Counted from the stretch's first letter, positions 10,033 through 20,001 are shown. The stretch is DNA of 64,000 bases from Deltaproteobacteria bacterium (GCA_040218735.1 JAVJQW010000061.1:224001-288000), one strand, 5' to 3'. Notes: generated by a model not told the origin, from the letters alone. Translations and numbers: made by a program.

Positions 10033-11772
10033 TCAGTACCCGCTGACCTGACCGTCCTTGCGCATCTCGGAGGCGCCGATGAACACGCCGCGCTCGGCGT
10101 CGTAGCGGATCGCTTGGTAGCCGCCGAAGCCTCCGTCGCCGTCGGCGACGCGGTGGCCCTTCTTCACGAGCGCGGCGCGCACCGCGGGCGGGATGCCGCC
10201 CTCGACGAAGAGCGTCCCGACGCCTTCGCTCTCCTCCCCGGTCGGTTGGCTGGAGCCCGCGTGACGCCAGCGCGCGGCGTCGCCGGCCTCCTGTAGGTTC
10301 ATGCCGCGGTCGATCAGGTTCACGAGGATCTGCACGTGCCCCTGGGGCTGCATCGCCCCGCCCATCACCCCGAACGCCATCCACGGCTGGCCGTCCTTCA
10401 TCACGAACGCCGGGATGATCGTGTGGAAGGGCCGCTTCGTCGGCGCGTACACGTTGGCGTGCCCGGGCTCGAGCGCAAACAGCTCACCGCGGTCCTGCAG
10501 CATGAAACCGAGGCCGTCGGGGACGAGGCCCGATCCCATGCCGCGGTAGTTCGACTGAATCAGCGACACCATCATGCCGTCCCCGTCGGCGACCGTGAGG
10601 TAGGTGGTGTCGCCGTCTTCGGGGGGGCTCCCCGCTTCGTACCTCGCCGCCGCGCGCACCGGATCGATCTGCGCGCGCCGTTGCGCTGCGTAGGCTTCGG
10701 AGATCAATCCACTCAGTGGAACACTCGCGAGCGCCGGGTCCGCGTACCACCGCGCGCGATCCTCGAACGCGAGGCGCTTCGCCTCCACCATCAGGTGGAT
10801 CTGTTCCGCCGGCTCCAGCTTTGCGAGGTCGAAGCCTTCGAGGATCGCGAGCATCTGCAGCGCCGCGACGCCCTGTGTGTTCGGTGGGAGCTCGAAGACC
10901 TCGTAACCGCGGTAGCCGACAGAGACCGGCGTGACCCAATCGCTTTCGTGGTTCGCGAAGTCCTCGGCGCTCAGTCGGCCGCCGACGCGTTCGAGGTACG
11001 CGACGATCGTCTCGGCGATCGGTCCGGCGTAGAACGCGTCGCGGCCGCCCTCGGCGATCGCGCGGTAGGTGTTGGCGAGGTCGGGGTTCTTGAAAACCTC
11101 GCCTTCGCGCGGCGGTCGGCCGTCGACGAGGTACGTGGCGCGAGCGTTCGCGAGCTCGACGAACGGGATGCCCTCCGCCTCGTACTTCGCGAAGCGCTCG
11201 AAGTTCAGCGCCCAGTAGTGCGCGATGAGTTGCGTGAGCGGGAAGCCTTCCTCGGCGTAGCGGATCGCGGGCGCCAGCACGTCCTTCATCGGGAGGCGGC
11301 CGAGCTTGCCGTGCAGCGCGAACCACCCGTCGACGGTGCCGGGCACCGTCACGGGGAGCGCGCCGATCGGCGGGATCGTCTCGCGATCCCCGAGCGCGGC
11401 GCGGAGCTGCTCGAGGGTTTGGTTCGCGGGGGAGCGGCCGCTCGCGTTGAGGCCGAGGAGCTGCTTCGACTTCGGGTCCCAGACGATCGCGAACAGGTCG
11501 CCGCCGATCCCGCAGCCGGTCGGCTCCATCAGGCCGAGCACCGCGTTCGCGGCGATGGCGGCGTCGACCGCGGAGCCCCCGGCCTTCAGCACGTCGATCG
11601 CCGCCTGGCTCGCGAGCGGGTGCGCGGTGGCGGCCATGCCGTTCTTCGCGATCACCGGAGCGCGGGTCGCGAAGTGGCGCCCGACGATCCGGTCACCGCC
11701 GGCGAGATCCCTCAGGGGGGCGGGGGCGTTCGCGCAGCCGACGAGCGCGAGCAGGCAGACCCATCGCATCAC
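10033..11772 (-). CDS. ggt: Gamma-glutamyltransferase (glutathione hydrolase), lipoprotein
   Basis: GGSAVDAAIA, GIGGD, nucleophile DTTYLTVAD, KRPFHTIIP, GVMGGAMQPQG; lipobox LVGC. Confidence 0.95.
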   Translation of the reverse strand: MMRWVCLLALVGCANAPAPLRDLAGGDRIVGRHFATRAPVIAKNGMAATAHPLASQAAIDVLKAGGSAVDAAIAANAVLGLMEPTGCGIGGDLFAIVWDPKSKQLLGLNASGRSPANQTLEQLRAALGDRETIPPIGALPVTVPGTVDGWFALHGKLGRLPMKDVLAPAIRYAEEGFPLTQLIAHYWALNFERFAKYEAEGIPFVELANARATYLVDGRPPREGEVFKNPDLANTYRAIAEGGRDAFYAGPIAETIVAYLERVGGRLSAEDFANHESDWVTPVSVGYRGYEVFELPPNTQGVAALQMLAILEGFDLAKLEPAEQIHLMVEAKRLAFEDRARWYADPALASVPLSGLISEAYAAQRRAQIDPVRAAARYEAGSPPEDGDTTYLTVADGDGMMVSLIQSNYRGMGSGLVPDGLGFMLQDRGELFALEPGHANVYAPTKRPFHTIIPAFVMKDGQPWMAFGVMGGAMQPQGHVQILVNLIDRGMNLQEAGDAARWRHAGSSQPTGEESEGVGTLFVEGGIPPAVRAALVKKGHRVADGDGGFGGYQAIRYDAERGVFIGASEMRKDGQVSGY

Positions 11773-11812
11773 CCCGGACCCTACCCAATCTTCGACCGCG
11801 CCTTCGAGGGCC

Positions 11813-11863
11813 GGACAGCGGGGGACAGGTTGGGACAGAAGGGGACAAGGCCAGTTGGGACAG
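11813..11863. promoter_or_regulatory. Phased GGACA direct repeats in divergent promoter region
   Basis: GGACA at 11813, 11823, 11833, 11843 (exact 10-bp period) and again at 11858. Confidence 0.6.
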
Positions 11864-11951
11864 CGTGGGCTCGGTCACGGTCAAGTGGCCACGATCCTTG
11901 GGCCTTCTCGGGGCCCGAGGTCGGGCCCAAAACCTGGATCGTTTCGGCGGC

Positions 11952-12827
11952 ATGAAGCGATTGGCCCTCCCACTCGTGCTCCTGACCGCCTGCGGCGTGG
12001 GTGCCGGCGGTGAGAACGGACGCAAAAGCGGAATGTCGACCTCGGCCGGGACGCTCGGCGTCGCGCTCACCGCGGAAGGCTCATCGAAGGGCCCGGTCGA
12101 CGACGGCGACCTCGACGCGCTCATCGTGCAGATCGTCGAAGTCCGCGTGCACGGCGACGGCGGCTGGATCACGATCAACGACGAGCCGCAGCAGGTCGAC
12201 ATCCTGCGCCTCGGCGAGCACGCGGCGGAGCTCGGCTTCTCGGAGCTGCCCAACGGTCACTACAAGCAGATTCGCCTCGTGGTCGAGGAGGGCTCGGCGT
12301 CCGAGGTCATCACGCCCGACGGCGAGTCGCACCCGCTGAAGACGCCGTCCGGCGAGCAGAGCGGGCTCAAGATCAAGGGCGACTTCGAAGTCGCCGAGTG
12401 CATCGACACCGAGGTCACCCTCGCGCTGGACGCGGGCAAGTCGATCCACGTCCACCGCACCGGCAAGGGCGACCAGTGGATCCTACGCCCCGTCATCCGC
12501 GCGACGACGCAGCAGTACGAGCGCGAAGACTGCGGCGAGGGTGAAGGCGAAGGCGGCGAGCCCGGCACGACGCCCGATCCGAACAACCCCGGCGAAGGCG
12601 GCGGCCTCGACGATCCGAACGGCGGCGAAGGCGGCGGCGAAGGTCCCGGCACGCTCGACCCGCTCGATCCGAACGACCCCAACGGCCAGAACCCCGGCAA
12701 CGGCGGCGAGGGCGGCGACGACCCGAACGATCCCAACGACCCGAACGATCCGTCGGACCCGAACGATCCCGGCAACGGCGGCGACGACCCCACGGACCCG
12801 ACCAACCCCTTCGACCCCGGCGTTTGA
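11952..12827 (+). CDS. DUF4382-like lipoprotein with Asp/Pro/Asn/Gly-rich repeat tail
   Basis: Lipobox LTAC; LPNGHYKQIRLVV...LKTPSGEQSGLKI...LRPVIR; DPN tandem repeats at the C-terminus. Confidence 0.75.
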   Translation: MKRLALPLVLLTACGVGAGGENGRKSGMSTSAGTLGVALTAEGSSKGPVDDGDLDALIVQIVEVRVHGDGGWITINDEPQQVDILRLGEHAAELGFSELPNGHYKQIRLVVEEGSASEVITPDGESHPLKTPSGEQSGLKIKGDFEVAECIDTEVTLALDAGKSIHVHRTGKGDQWILRPVIRATTQQYEREDCGEGEGEGGEPGTTPDPNNPGEGGGLDDPNGGEGGGEGPGTLDPLDPNDPNGQNPGNGGEGGDDPNDPNDPNDPSDPNDPGNGGDDPTDPTNPFDPGV

Positions 12828-12839
12828 GAGCAGAGACGA

Positions 12840-13481
12840 ATGACCATGCACGACGCACCCGCACTCCCCCGCCCCGGCACGCGCTCCCTTCACGGCCTCG
12901 GCCTCCCGCCGCCGACGGAGCTGATCCGCATCCCGCAGGTCCTCCGCAGCTCGGACGAAGTGCTCGAGCGCGCGCGCGCCGCCCGACACGATCCCCGCTG
13001 GATGCTCGCGCAGTGGGCGCACCGCGCCGTCGAGATCGGCGGCGGGCTCCTCGACCACATCGAGCGCGACGGGCTCGAAGGTCTCGCGCTCCTCGGTCGT
13101 CACGCCCGCGTCGCGTGGTGGCGCACGAAACGCGCGACGCGTCGTTTCATCAGCGCGCAGCGCCAGGCCGACAGCGTCACGCAGCGGATCTTCGCGCGCA
13201 TCGACACCGCGCGCGGCCGCATTCAGGCGTCGCTCGACGCCCGCGCTGCGCGACGTGGTCTGGACGCACCGCTACCGCTCCGTCGTGTCTCCTCCACCCA
13301 CGACGACCTCGACCGCGCCAAGACCTACGTGCTCGCACCGTTCGGTACCGAGACCGGCAGCGCCCGACTCGGCACCGACACCGGCAGCGCACGGCTCGGC
13401 ACCGATACCGGCAGCGCACGCTCCGATCTGACCGACCAGGTGCGCACTTCTCAGATCGTGGCCGAGTGTCAGGACGCCTGA
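12840..13481 (+). CDS. Hypothetical protein with 3x 9-aa tandem repeat
   Basis: ORF 13 nt downstream of previous gene, GC3-biased codons; GT(E/D)TGSARL x3. Confidence 0.55.
   Translation: MTMHDAPALPRPGTRSLHGLGLPPPTELIRIPQVLRSSDEVLERARAARHDPRWMLAQWAHRAVEIGGGLLDHIERDGLEGLALLGRHARVAWWRTKRATRRFISAQRQADSVTQRIFARIDTARGRIQASLDARAARRGLDAPLPLRRVSSTHDDLDRAKTYVLAPFGTETGSARLGTDTGSARLGTDTGSARSDLTDQVRTSQIVAECQDA
13344..13424 (+). repeat. 27-bp coding tandem repeat, 3 copies
   Basis: GGYACCGANACCGGCAGCGCNCG unit at 13344, 13371, 13398. Confidence 0.85.
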
Positions 13482-13592
13482 ACCGCCCCGCGAGTCGGCT
13501 CCGATCGCACCGACCGTAACCTGTCCCACCCCAGTGACGTTAGTAGGTACAGAGTCAACATCGTTGGAATGCGCTAGAGTCCGCGGACCCCG

Positions 13593-15281
13593 ATGGGTCC
13601 CAACGGTAGCCAGCGCTGTCGCTCCTGTGGACGTCGACTCGAAGAGGTCGCGGTCTGCGAAGCGTGCGGCCTCGACGTCGACGATCGCTGGCTCTTCGAC
13701 ACCCTCGAAGGTCGTTACCGGATCACGGGTTGGATCGGTCGCGGCGGAATGGGTCGTGTCTACCGCGCGGAGCAGCTTCGTCTCGATCGTCTCGTTGCGA
13801 TCAAGGTGCTCGACACCGAGCACCTGAGCCCCACGCGCGCGCTCGAACAGTTCCGCACCGAAGCGCTCGCGGCCGCGCGGCTCGCGCACCCGAACGTGAT
13901 CGCGACGCTCGACTTCGGACGACACCGCGACACGCCGTACATCGTGATGGAGCACGTCGCCGGTTTGTCGCTCGCGGCCGCGTTGGAGATCGAGGGTGCG
14001 CTCGCCGTTCCGCACGCGCTCCAGATCGCGCAGCAGATCGCGCACGCGCTCGGCACCGCCCATACGCATGGGATCGTGCACCGCGACGTGAAACCCGGGA
14101 ACGTGATGCTCGCGAAGCGCGGCCCGATCGAGCAGGCGATGATCCTCGACTTCGGCCTCGCGCGCCTCGCTCCGCACGCGCCCGGCGACAACCGCATGAC
14201 CATCGGCGACGCCGCGCTCGGCACGCCGTACTACAGCGCACCGGAGCAGCTCACCGGGAGCGGCGCCGACGCGCGCTCCGACGTCTACGCGCTCGGCGCC
14301 GCGCTGTACGAGATGCTCACCGGCCGGCCGCCGTTCGTGGAGGGCTCGGTGTTCGAGGTCGCGATGCGCCACCTCCGCGATCCGCCGATGCCGCCTTCGA
14401 CCTACCGCAAGGACGGCGCGATCTACGACGAGATCGACGACCTCGTCCTGACGATGCTCGAGAAGCGACCGCAGGATCGCCCGGCGAACGGGCTGGTGGT
14501 CTACGAGCAGATCCGCGAGCTCTGCGCGTCGCAGCCGCTGGAGTCCTGGCAGCCGTCGTACGTTCCGCACCCCGTCCTCGCGATCGGCGACGCGGATCCG
14601 GCGAGCCTGCGCGACATCGTCGAGCAAGCGAACGGTCGCGTCATGCAGGTCGTTGGCCGCGAGACCGTCGCGATCATGCCGACCGCCGAGATCGCGCTGC
14701 GCGCTTCGCTGCGCTGTCGCCGCGAGCTGAAGGCACGCGTCGGCCTCCACCATGGCCCGGTGCACCAGGAGCTCGGCGAGCACCCCACGGCGTTCGGTGA
14801 GGGCGTGCGCATCGCGGTCGCGTTGTCGCGCCTCGCCAACCCCGGCGAGGGGCTGTGCACCCAAGCGATCTCCGACAACGTCGGCATCTCGCTCGGCGCG
14901 CACCTCGTTCCGAACGGCGACCTCCGTCTCGCCGGCGGCGGCGCCGCGACGATCGAGACGTGGCGCCTGCGCGAGCTCGATCACCTCTCCGCACCGGCGC
15001 GTCCGGTGCTCACTCCCGCGCGCTACGACGAGGGGTACCTCGCCTTCACCTGTCGCTGCGGGCAACAAGGACGGATCGCGGCGCACGTCGACACCGATCA
15101 CGTCCTCACGGTCTGCGCGCGGTGCTCCGTGCGTCTGGCCGTCGCCTTGGATCCGACGCTGGCCCGTGCACCGCACTCGGCCCGCTACACACCTCCCATC
15201 TTCGACGCGATCGAGCCCCCCGAGCCGCGCGCGGATTCTTCCGACGCGCTGCTGATCGAGGAGCTCGCCTCGCTCGACTGA
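13593..15281 (+). CDS. Soluble Ser/Thr kinase with N-terminal zinc ribbon, degenerate class III cyclase-like domain and C-terminal zinc ribbon
   Basis: CRSC...CEAC; IGRGGMG, VAIK, HRDVKPGN, DFG, APE; RVGLHHGPV...FGEGVRIA; CRCG...CARC. Confidence 0.85.
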   Translation: MGPNGSQRCRSCGRRLEEVAVCEACGLDVDDRWLFDTLEGRYRITGWIGRGGMGRVYRAEQLRLDRLVAIKVLDTEHLSPTRALEQFRTEALAAARLAHPNVIATLDFGRHRDTPYIVMEHVAGLSLAAALEIEGALAVPHALQIAQQIAHALGTAHTHGIVHRDVKPGNVMLAKRGPIEQAMILDFGLARLAPHAPGDNRMTIGDAALGTPYYSAPEQLTGSGADARSDVYALGAALYEMLTGRPPFVEGSVFEVAMRHLRDPPMPPSTYRKDGAIYDEIDDLVLTMLEKRPQDRPANGLVVYEQIRELCASQPLESWQPSYVPHPVLAIGDADPASLRDIVEQANGRVMQVVGRETVAIMPTAEIALRASLRCRRELKARVGLHHGPVHQELGEHPTAFGEGVRIAVALSRLANPGEGLCTQAISDNVGISLGAHLVPNGDLRLAGGGAATIETWRLRELDHLSAPARPVLTPARYDEGYLAFTCRCGQQGRIAAHVDTDHVLTVCARCSVRLAVALDPTLARAPHSARYTPPIFDAIEPPEPRADSSDALLIEELASLD

Positions 15282-15303
15282 ACCCAGAAAGAGAGCCCGA
15301 GCC

Positions 15304-16050
15304 ATGACCAGCCCCACCAACCCGACCCCCTCCAACGGCGCCCCGCAGTCCGGGATCGATCCCGCCGCGGCGAAGGCCGTCTCCGAGCGCTACGCGGTGA
15401 CGGTGAAGGCGCGCCTCGCCAAGCCGAAGATCGACATTCTCGAAGCGCGCGACGGGATGCTCGACTGCTTCGTCGCGAGCTACCACAACGGGCTCGCCGC
15501 CGGCATGAAGGCGATCCTCGACGTGGACGCGACGCCGGAAGACGTCGCGCGCATCGCCGCCGCGATCTTCCGCCGCCGCCTCAAGAACCGGAACGTTCCG
15601 TTCGAAGCGCCCACGATCGACGCGCTCTCCGCGGTGAAGGAGGAGGCCGATCGCGAGTTCCACTTCGAGGAGCTGCCCGCCGAGTTCCGCGCGATCCACG
15701 ACCAGGTCTGCGCGCTCCTCCTCAGCAAGGCCGAGGGCACGATGGAGCACCGCGGTGACTCCAGCGTCGTCGCGCGTCCGCCCGCGGCGGCGACCACGCC
15801 GACGCCCGGATTTGCGAAGCCGGTAGTGCCGCGCAGCCCGTCGGTCGCCGGCGCCCCCGCGCCGGTGGCGCGTCCCGCGGACACCAACACGCGATCGAGC
15901 GTCTCGGCGCCGCTGCGGCGCGCTCTCGACACCTACCTGCGCGAGACCGCGGATCGTGCCGGCAAGGATCCGATCGTGGCGCTCCGCGGACGACTCCACC
16001 GCGCGCTTCGTCTGCTCGAGTCGATCGAAGACTTCGAGCAGGAGTCCTGA
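15304..16050 (+). CDS. Hypothetical helical protein with Pro/Ala linker
   Basis: ATG start with purine-rich upstream sequence, strong GC3 codon bias, co-oriented with kinase. Confidence 0.7.
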   Translation: MTSPTNPTPSNGAPQSGIDPAAAKAVSERYAVTVKARLAKPKIDILEARDGMLDCFVASYHNGLAAGMKAILDVDATPEDVARIAAAIFRRRLKNRNVPFEAPTIDALSAVKEEADREFHFEELPAEFRAIHDQVCALLLSKAEGTMEHRGDSSVVARPPAAATTPTPGFAKPVVPRSPSVAGAPAPVARPADTNTRSSVSAPLRRALDTYLRETADRAGKDPIVALRGRLHRALRLLESIEDFEQES

Positions 16051-16394
16051 CGCGCGATTTTTTTCGCACTTTTTTTCGCGGTCACTCCGACCCCGCGACG
16101 CACACAGCACCCACCTCGACTCCGACAGAGTGATTCCCACTGCGCATGTGAGGGGGCGCATCCTCGCTCCGACCCGCCCTTGCACGCGTGAGATTCGTGG
16201 CCCCGAATCCGCAAGACATCTTGCGCGCAAGTCAGGTTGCGCATGATTGCGCCGCGCATGATCCGTTTCGTTGAACGCTCACACATGATGCGCACCGTGC
16301 GGGTCAGCGCGCTTTGACAGGACACACTGCGATCCTCCTCTGTATCAAAACGAGCCTCACGACGAGGCTTCTCGCGACAACCAAGGAGGTATTC

Positions 16395-17858
16395 ATGAAA
16401 GCAACTTCGCTTGCAGCAGCGTTTGCGTTCGCACTCGTCCCGGCGACGGCATCCGCGCAATATGACTTCGACAACGGCAACGCACCGATCGAAGTCGTCA
16501 TCCAGAACGTCGTCCCGGTGATCTTCCAGGACATCTCGCCGTCGGGTGGTGACGCCACGCTCATCCTGCGCACCACGACGCTGATCACGAACGCCTGGTA
16601 CGACGCGACCGCGCCCTACCATCCGACCGCGGTCGGCGTGTACTCGCGCCTGGGAACGCGCCCCGTCGCGGAACGGACCACGCGGAACATCAACATCGCA
16701 GCAGTCTATGCCTCCTACCGACTGCTGAACGACTTCTTGCCGCACCGCGCGAGTGACTGGCGAGCGATCATGGTCAACGCAGGCCTCGATCCGGACGACA
16801 ACAGCACCGACCTCACCACTGCGATCGGCATCGGCAACGTCGCGGGCCAAGCCGTCGCGGATGGTCGCAAGAACGACGGCATGAACCAGCTCGGCAACGA
16901 AGGCGGACGCACGTTCAACTTCACGCCGTACGCCGACTACACGGGCTACAAGCCGGTGAACTCGGCCTACCGTCTGTACTTCCCGAGCCGCTGGCAGCCC
17001 GACCTACAGCGCCAGGGGATCGGCCTGTACAAGATCCAGCAGTTCGTCACGCCGCAGTACCGCTACGTCGAGCCCTACTCGTACCCGAGCGCGACCGCCT
17101 TCGGCGTCCCGCCGCCCGTCGACAGCTTCTTCTTCCGCTACTTCAAGTACAAGAAGCAGGCAGACGAGGTGCTCACGGCGTCCGCCAACCTCGACGACGT
17201 TCAGAAGCTGAAGGCCGAGCTGTTCGACAACAAGATCGAGAGCCTCGGCTTCTCGGCCGTGTTCGCTTCGATCTCGCAGGGCCTCTCGCTCCTCGAGTTC
17301 ATCCAGCTCGACTTCCTCACGAACATGGCCGCCTTCGACGCGGGCATCGTCGTCTGGCAGGAGAAGGCGCAGTGGGACGCGGTCCGCCCGTACAGCGCGA
17401 TCCGCCGTATCTACGGCAGCTCACCCGTCACCGCGTGGGGCGGCCCGGGCGTGGGCACCACGACGCTCCCCGCGGACGAGTGGCGGTCGTACCTCGAAGA
17501 AGCCGACCACCCCGAGTACCCGTCGGCGTCGACGTGTTTCTGCGCGGCGCACGCGCAGTCCGCGCGCCTCTTCCTCGGCACCGACACCCTCGGTTATCCG
17601 GTGGTGCGCCCCGCCGGCTCGTCGCGCGTCGAGCCGGGCCTCGTGCCCGCGCAGGACACCACGATCGTGTTCCCGACGTGGACCGACTTCGCCGACGACT
17701 GCGGCCAGAGCCGCGTGTGGGCCGGCGTGCACTTCCAGGCGGCGGTCGACGAGGCCGAGGCGCTCTGTGACGTGTTCGGCGACAGCGCCTACGCGTACCT
17801 GCAGTCGCTCCTCGACGGCACCGCGCCCGTGCGCGGCCCCTCGCAGGGCACCTACTGA
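16395..17858 (+). CDS. Secreted vanadium-dependent haloperoxidase-like (PAP2 superfamily, DUF6851-type) protein
   Basis: AAGGAGG RBS; signal peptide; KAQWDAVRP, HPEYPSAST, SRVWAGVHF. Confidence 0.85.
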   Translation: MKATSLAAAFAFALVPATASAQYDFDNGNAPIEVVIQNVVPVIFQDISPSGGDATLILRTTTLITNAWYDATAPYHPTAVGVYSRLGTRPVAERTTRNINIAAVYASYRLLNDFLPHRASDWRAIMVNAGLDPDDNSTDLTTAIGIGNVAGQAVADGRKNDGMNQLGNEGGRTFNFTPYADYTGYKPVNSAYRLYFPSRWQPDLQRQGIGLYKIQQFVTPQYRYVEPYSYPSATAFGVPPPVDSFFFRYFKYKKQADEVLTASANLDDVQKLKAELFDNKIESLGFSAVFASISQGLSLLEFIQLDFLTNMAAFDAGIVVWQEKAQWDAVRPYSAIRRIYGSSPVTAWGGPGVGTTTLPADEWRSYLEEADHPEYPSASTCFCAAHAQSARLFLGTDTLGYPVVRPAGSSRVEPGLVPAQDTTIVFPTWTDFADDCGQSRVWAGVHFQAAVDEAEALCDVFGDSAYAYLQSLLDGTAPVRGPSQGTY

Positions 17859-17860
17859 AT

Positions 17861-17914
17861 CGGCGCGTGCGCGCACGTGCGGGGGCGTGCGCGCCACGCC
17901 GCCCGCACGCGCCG
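17861..17914 (+). terminator. GC-rich hairpin after haloperoxidase gene (terminator or mRNA stabiliser)
   Basis: GTGCGGG-GGCGTG / CACGCC-G-CCCGCAC stem; CGGCGCGTGC/GCACGCGCCG alternative; no U-tract. Confidence 0.35.
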
Positions 17915-17968
17915 CACTCCGGATCACGACGCCGAAAGTCTGGCCCGTCTCCTGCTTCGGGCGAGCGT

Positions 17969-19300
17969 GTGTACCGACGAACGCTCGCCCTCTTCTTCCT
18001 CCTCGCCACCGCCTCCAAAGCCTCCGCGGCAACCACCGAGTGTTACGGCGACAAGAGCGACATCTACGACGGCTTCGACCGCCTCGCCGCGTCCGAGCCC
18101 GGTCTCGTCGAGCGCTTCCTGCTCGGCGCATCCGTCGACGGGCAGCCGATCTACGCGTGGCGCGTCGCGCGGCGATCCAACAACGAGCTGTTCGGCAACG
18201 ACTCGGGCATCTTGGTGATGACCGGCGGCGTCCACGGCGACGAGCCTCGACCGCCCGAGACGCTCTACCGATTTGCGTGGCTGCTCGTGAACAACTACGA
18301 GCGCGACCCGCTCATCACCTGGATCGTCGACACCACCGAGATCTGGTTCGTCCCCATCGTGAACCCGGACGGCTTCGACATCGGCTGGCGCCTCAACCGC
18401 CTCGACCACGACATCGCGCGCAACTTCCCGTACGCGTGGGACATCAACGAAAGGAACGCAGGACCTTGGGCCGCGTCCGAGCCGGAGACGCAAGCGCTCC
18501 GACAGCTCCTCGATCAAGTCGCGCCGATCCGAGACGGCGACTGGGTCTCACCGAACCAACGCGGGCTGTACATCGATGTGCACGGGAGCATCTCCGCGAC
18601 GTTTCACGCGTACAGCTCGACGACCGCCGTTCCGCACTGTGAGCTGCCGTGGATCAACAGCCACTTCGCGCGCCTCAACGACACCCGCGCGCTGCCGAAC
18701 GCGCACATGGATCGCGCTTCGCAGTGCGAGCTGCCGGACCCGTACTTCGGGAGCCCCGTCGACTACGCCTACGGCGGGCGCGGGATCCCGGCGTTTACGT
18801 TCGAGCTGCGCTCCGAGACCATCGCGTGTACGACGCAGCCGACGGATCGCTTCCGAGACTGCGAACGTGAAGCGGCGGCGCTGTACGAAGAGAACATCGA
18901 AGCGTGGCTCCTCGCCGCGCAGCTCTCCGCCTTCCCGTACATCCGCGCCGACGGTGCGTTCTACCAAGCCGGCTCGATCCGAATGACCCGCGGCCGCGTC
19001 GAAGCGCGCTTCGCGACGTTCGACACGCGCGCCGAACACCCGCCGAGCGGCTGCGACCACCGGCGCGAAGAGATCGTCTCGGCGTCCCTGACGATCTACG
19101 ACCGCTCCAGCTCGGGGACGTGGGCGCCGCGCTTCGGCTGCGTGAACCACCCGATGGTCGCGAAGGACGGCGCGTTCGACAGCGGTGACGAGGTCGCGAT
19201 CGGCTACCTGCCGACGAGCTGCGCGGCGCCGGGCGGGTACGTCGTGCTCCAGGCGCGAACGAAGAACTACTTCGGTCCGGAGGCCGTGTTCACGAGGTGA
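17969..19300 (+). CDS. Secreted M14 family zinc carboxypeptidase
   Basis: GGVHGDE, PIVNPDG, DIARNF, SEPET, IDVHG, FTFEL; signal peptide from GTG 17969. Confidence 0.85.
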   Translation: MYRRTLALFFLLATASKASAATTECYGDKSDIYDGFDRLAASEPGLVERFLLGASVDGQPIYAWRVARRSNNELFGNDSGILVMTGGVHGDEPRPPETLYRFAWLLVNNYERDPLITWIVDTTEIWFVPIVNPDGFDIGWRLNRLDHDIARNFPYAWDINERNAGPWAASEPETQALRQLLDQVAPIRDGDWVSPNQRGLYIDVHGSISATFHAYSSTTAVPHCELPWINSHFARLNDTRALPNAHMDRASQCELPDPYFGSPVDYAYGGRGIPAFTFELRSETIACTTQPTDRFRDCEREAAALYEENIEAWLLAAQLSAFPYIRADGAFYQAGSIRMTRGRVEARFATFDTRAEHPPSGCDHRREEIVSASLTIYDRSSSGTWAPRFGCVNHPMVAKDGAFDSGDEVAIGYLPTSCAAPGGYVVLQARTKNYFGPEAVFTR

Positions 19301-20001
19301 AACAACCCGGCGTCGAACGAACGGCCGCCGTCGCGGTAGTCGCGCCACAACCCGAAGTTCCTCGGGTCGGCGCGTAGGACGATCGCCTTCGGCTCGCTCT
19401 GGTAGTCGAACTTCGTCACGGCCCGTTCGCGTCGCACTTCGAACTCGAGCTCCATCCGATCGCCGCGGAGGTGGAAGCGGAGCGCTTCGGTCGACCAGTC
19501 GTCGTAGTCACCCTCGTGGTACCAGCCGTTTCCGCGACCGTCGGCGTCGGGCTCTTGGAGTTGGTACATCGCGAAGCCCATCCCGCCCGTGGCGTACCGC
19601 TGCTGGTGGATCCACATCCGCGACATCGGGTGCCCGTTCGATTCGGCGATCGGACCGCGGCGCTTCGTGTAACGCGTCGAACGGAGCTCGACGGGATCGT
19701 CGAGGAGCGTGAGGGCGTCGCCATCCAGGGCGTAACGCACTTCGTGTCGCGCGCCGGTCTTGCGGAAGACGAGCGTGATGACCTCGTCGTCGACGGTGTA
19801 GTCGAACGACGCGGTCTTGTTCAGCCCAACGTCGCCGTACCGGTACAGCCCGTGCCCTCCCGGGTGGAAGTAGTAGAACCGCACCGCGCGCTCTTCCAGG
19901 TCCGGGCGTGCCCAGAGCCCCGTGAGATCGGGCGCCTCGGAGGAAGGCCACAGCAGCGCGCCGGTCGCGGCGAGCGCGACGCCGATCGCGAGTCTTCGCA
20001 T
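19267..20001 (-). CDS. Exported hypothetical protein with two tandem lipocalin-like beta domains
   Basis: N-terminal signal/TM segment; LTGLW... and MSRMW... halves each ending L..DP...Y. Confidence 0.65.
   Translation of the reverse strand: MRRLAIGVALAATGALLWPSSEAPDLTGLWARPDLEERAVRFYYFHPGGHGLYRYGDVGLNKTASFDYTVDDEVITLVFRKTGARHEVRYALDGDALTLLDDPVELRSTRYTKRRGPIAESNGHPMSRMWIHQQRYATGGMGFAMYQLQEPDADGRGNGWYHEGDYDDWSTEALRFHLRGDRMELEFEVRRERAVTKFDYQSEPKAIVLRADPRNFGLWRDYRDGGRSFDAGLFHLVNTASGPK

Noticed and set aside
12650-13424. Short tandem repeats as a possible CRISPR array
   Set aside because: In-frame coding repeats (DPN; GTDTGSARL) without unique spacers; no cas genes
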